64,000 bases of DNA. Source: Oikopleura dioica. Lineage: Eukaryota > Animalia > Chordata. The stretch spans positions 7,440,001-7,504,000 of the forward strand of contig OU015567.1 of the NCBI GenBank assembly GCA_907165135.1, read 5' to 3'. A program made the translations under genes and the position numbers. The notes beneath the pieces were generated by a model, which did no database searches, was not told the origin of the DNA, and saw nothing but the letters and a program-made list of their open reading frames with translations. Below, piece by piece: positions 61,799-64,000 of the stretch; position 1 is the first letter of the stretch; each line of letters opens with the position of its first letter.

Positions 61799-62926
61799 TC
61801 ACGTGAGATCTGGAATCGACGATGCTTGCCGATGAGCGGATCGAGCAGATTTAGACTTGGAGGAGCGGGAGAAAAGATCGTTTCGCATGAGGTTTGCTCG
61901 TTGATTAATGGCGAGTTTCACTGGCTCCGCGGAGAACTTCGATGCTGATTTGTCTTCGATAAAATTGATCAGCCCCTTGCTCTTTTAAACAAACGTGAAC
62001 GCAGGCAAATGAAGATAGATTTTACCTTTCGAATAAGTCTCAAATTATCGAGTTCATCAACAATCGCCCTCAAATACTTCTCCGCGCGGGGGTCTTCATA
62101 TGAAACCGAGCCTTTCTTTCCATCTTGCGCTAGAACCATCTTTTGAAATTATTCCTCCTACATAAAACGTACTTTTCACTATTTCGAAATCAGTTGGCGT
62201 GGGTAAAACTCGTAAGCAATGACCGAGGGAAGCTGATGAAACTGAAATGAATCGCGCAACATTTGCGATCTCAAACTTATCTTCTGCTTCTTCCATTTGT
62301 TTCTTGTTCTTTCCCTGAGTAAAAATTGGCGATAAAAAAATTTGAAATTCCTTACGGATAAGTTTCTTCTGCGAACGGAATGAGGTGCTTTTGGCAAGGC
62401 ACTGATGATTGGTTTTGGATCAGTTATGCTGAGGTATCCCTGGAGAAGCTTTTTAGATTCAGAAATTTGTTCTTCCCGTAATTCTGAATTTTCCGCGTGT
62501 GTTTCTGATGCTGTTGATCGTTCGCTTTCCAGGTTGTTTGAGCCTTCGATGATTTTCAGCCCTAGGTCCGATATATTGTCCAGCTTTCTTTTTCTTTCCG
62601 CCCTAAAACTGACTTGACAAAATATCAAATTTCGCTCCATACTTTAACAGTTCGATAGTAGCCTGTTCAAAGCGGTTCTTTTGCTCGTTCTCCTCGAGTT
62701 TTTCTTGGATAAATTTCATTCGCCTCTTCACTCGCGCTGATTCTTCGTACAACTTTGCAAGTTTCTGAAGCCGTAGGACCATTTGTGATTGAGGAGAGTT
62801 GCGCAGTTTTTGAACCCGAATCGAAAGCTCGTTTATGTCTGGATCGGTTTTCGCATTTCTCTTTTGGAAGTCATCCATGTCATCGATGAAAGCCATCTCT
62901 TCATTTACCACTTGAACCGGTGGCAT
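61799..62926 (-). CDS. Unknown coiled-coil protein, about 5 exons, middle gene of a putative operon
   Basis: ORFs 62603-62926, 62179-62640 and 62096-62296 can be joined by GT-AG introns to a stop at 61799; ttttctag acceptor just before the ATG. Confidence 0.6.
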
Positions 62927-63041
62927 TCGAGGTCTAGAAAAAAAAAGGGATGAGAAAGAGGGAGGATTGAAAAGACATAGAATTTATCCGATAATGCATG
63001 AGAAAAGAAGGTGTGAGAAAAAAAGAAAAGGCATTTCAGAT

Positions 63042-63904
63042 TCAATGCTTCTTTTTGGCGCCAAATGAAGCAAAGCCCATTACTGAAGCTGATAGTGGAT
63101 CTTCGAGACTTTCACAAGCTGCGGCGATCTTTCTCTTTTTCGCCTTTTTGCATTCTTTCTTATATTGCTTGTGCCACTCTTCGTCGGCTTCGGCTTGAGC
63201 TTTTCGCTCGGCTTGTTGCTTTTCGAAGGTCATGCCTCCGGTCTTTTTCAGTTCTTCCATCTTTTTTATTCGATCAGCGAAGACTTGTCTCACACCGACG
63301 ACGCTTGATTCTAAATGGTTCAACTAGGTTAACTTTGGCCAGAGAAGGCACGAAACCTGGCAGTTTGTAAGGGTTGAAGCCCATATTCCTCTGATGTCTT
63401 CTTCCATTCATGTGGTTCAAGTACGCTCTTGAATCTTTGACATTGACATCACAAACTGAGCAGTAGTATCCGCCAGAGCCCTTGCCGTTATTCCCGTTTT
63501 CGAAACTGATCGCGACCTAGAGCTTCTTCAGACTAGAATGAGAGATGCTAATTTACCGTTTTCCCGATTCCACTTTCCATGTCAAGCTTTTTCTTTCGAG
63601 CTTGAACGGGATCTCGCATTGAGCTGGGCAAGTCTCGCTTTTCAAGGTTCGCGTCTGGGCCGTATTTTGTAGCTTTTTCCATGTCGCTTTAATAAAAAAT
63701 GAGTGCCACGGCGATAATTTTAGTTTCCTACACTTTGAGACGATGTTGAGCAATCTTCTGGTACTCGCCTCGATCCCAAAGTCGCCGACCTCGATCATCC
63801 TCTGTCACCAATTCTTTCTCCTTTTCAGGAGGTGTGAGAGCGTTTTTATTCCCGGACATATTCTTCCGGATCTTCGCCTTGATGTCCTCCGCAAAAGTGG
63901 ACAT
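63042..63904 (-). CDS. ZMAT2: Zinc finger matrin-type protein 2 (Snu23)
   Basis: RRLWDRGEYQKIA, KLDMESGIGKT, GYYCSVCDVNVKDSRAYLNHMNGRRHQRNMG, SVMGFASFG. Confidence 0.9.
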
Positions 63905-64000
63905 TCTAAAACAATCATATGAGACTTCGGCCGTTTAAAAATTTCCCGTGTGTATTTGTATCTGTAAATGGAGTGGTGAAGCGGCGCAGGCTGTGAAAAG

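Overview
Compact, gene-dense animal genomic DNA with mostly 30-60 nt GT-AG introns, chordate-type genes and closely spaced same-strand genes. This is most consistent with the larvacean tunicate Oikopleura (inference from gene structure, not a database match). Genes in order: LOXHD1-like (partial), an AT-hook ORF, two small secreted prepropeptides, glutamate dehydrogenase, two Gal3ST sulfotransferases each preceded by an anchor-only mini-ORF, an MS4A-like membrane protein, an ammonium transporter, CIMAP2/LEXM, tousled-like kinase, eIF4E3, TMEM53-like, a choline-kinase-like protein, U2 snRNA, SEL1L, a non-alpha nAChR subunit, a RING protein, a claudin, a ZP-like membrane protein, and a putative ZMAT2-orf-PCED1 operon. 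Non-coding structure includes a 4.5 kb TLK intron made of at least five stacked or nested non-autonomous DNA elements at one TTAA site, a family of short palindromic elements (one inside a coding exon), and a 54-bp hairpin satellite of about 32 copies. Best leads: two GA-AG introns sharing the donor GAAAGGAT; a possible introner-like MITE in the CIMAP2 last exon; the duplicated mini-ORF + Gal3ST unit; the KR|GDF peptide pair; a divergent but structurally intact U2; and three frameshifts in conserved genes that are probably assembly errors. All exon structures and alignments were done by eye.
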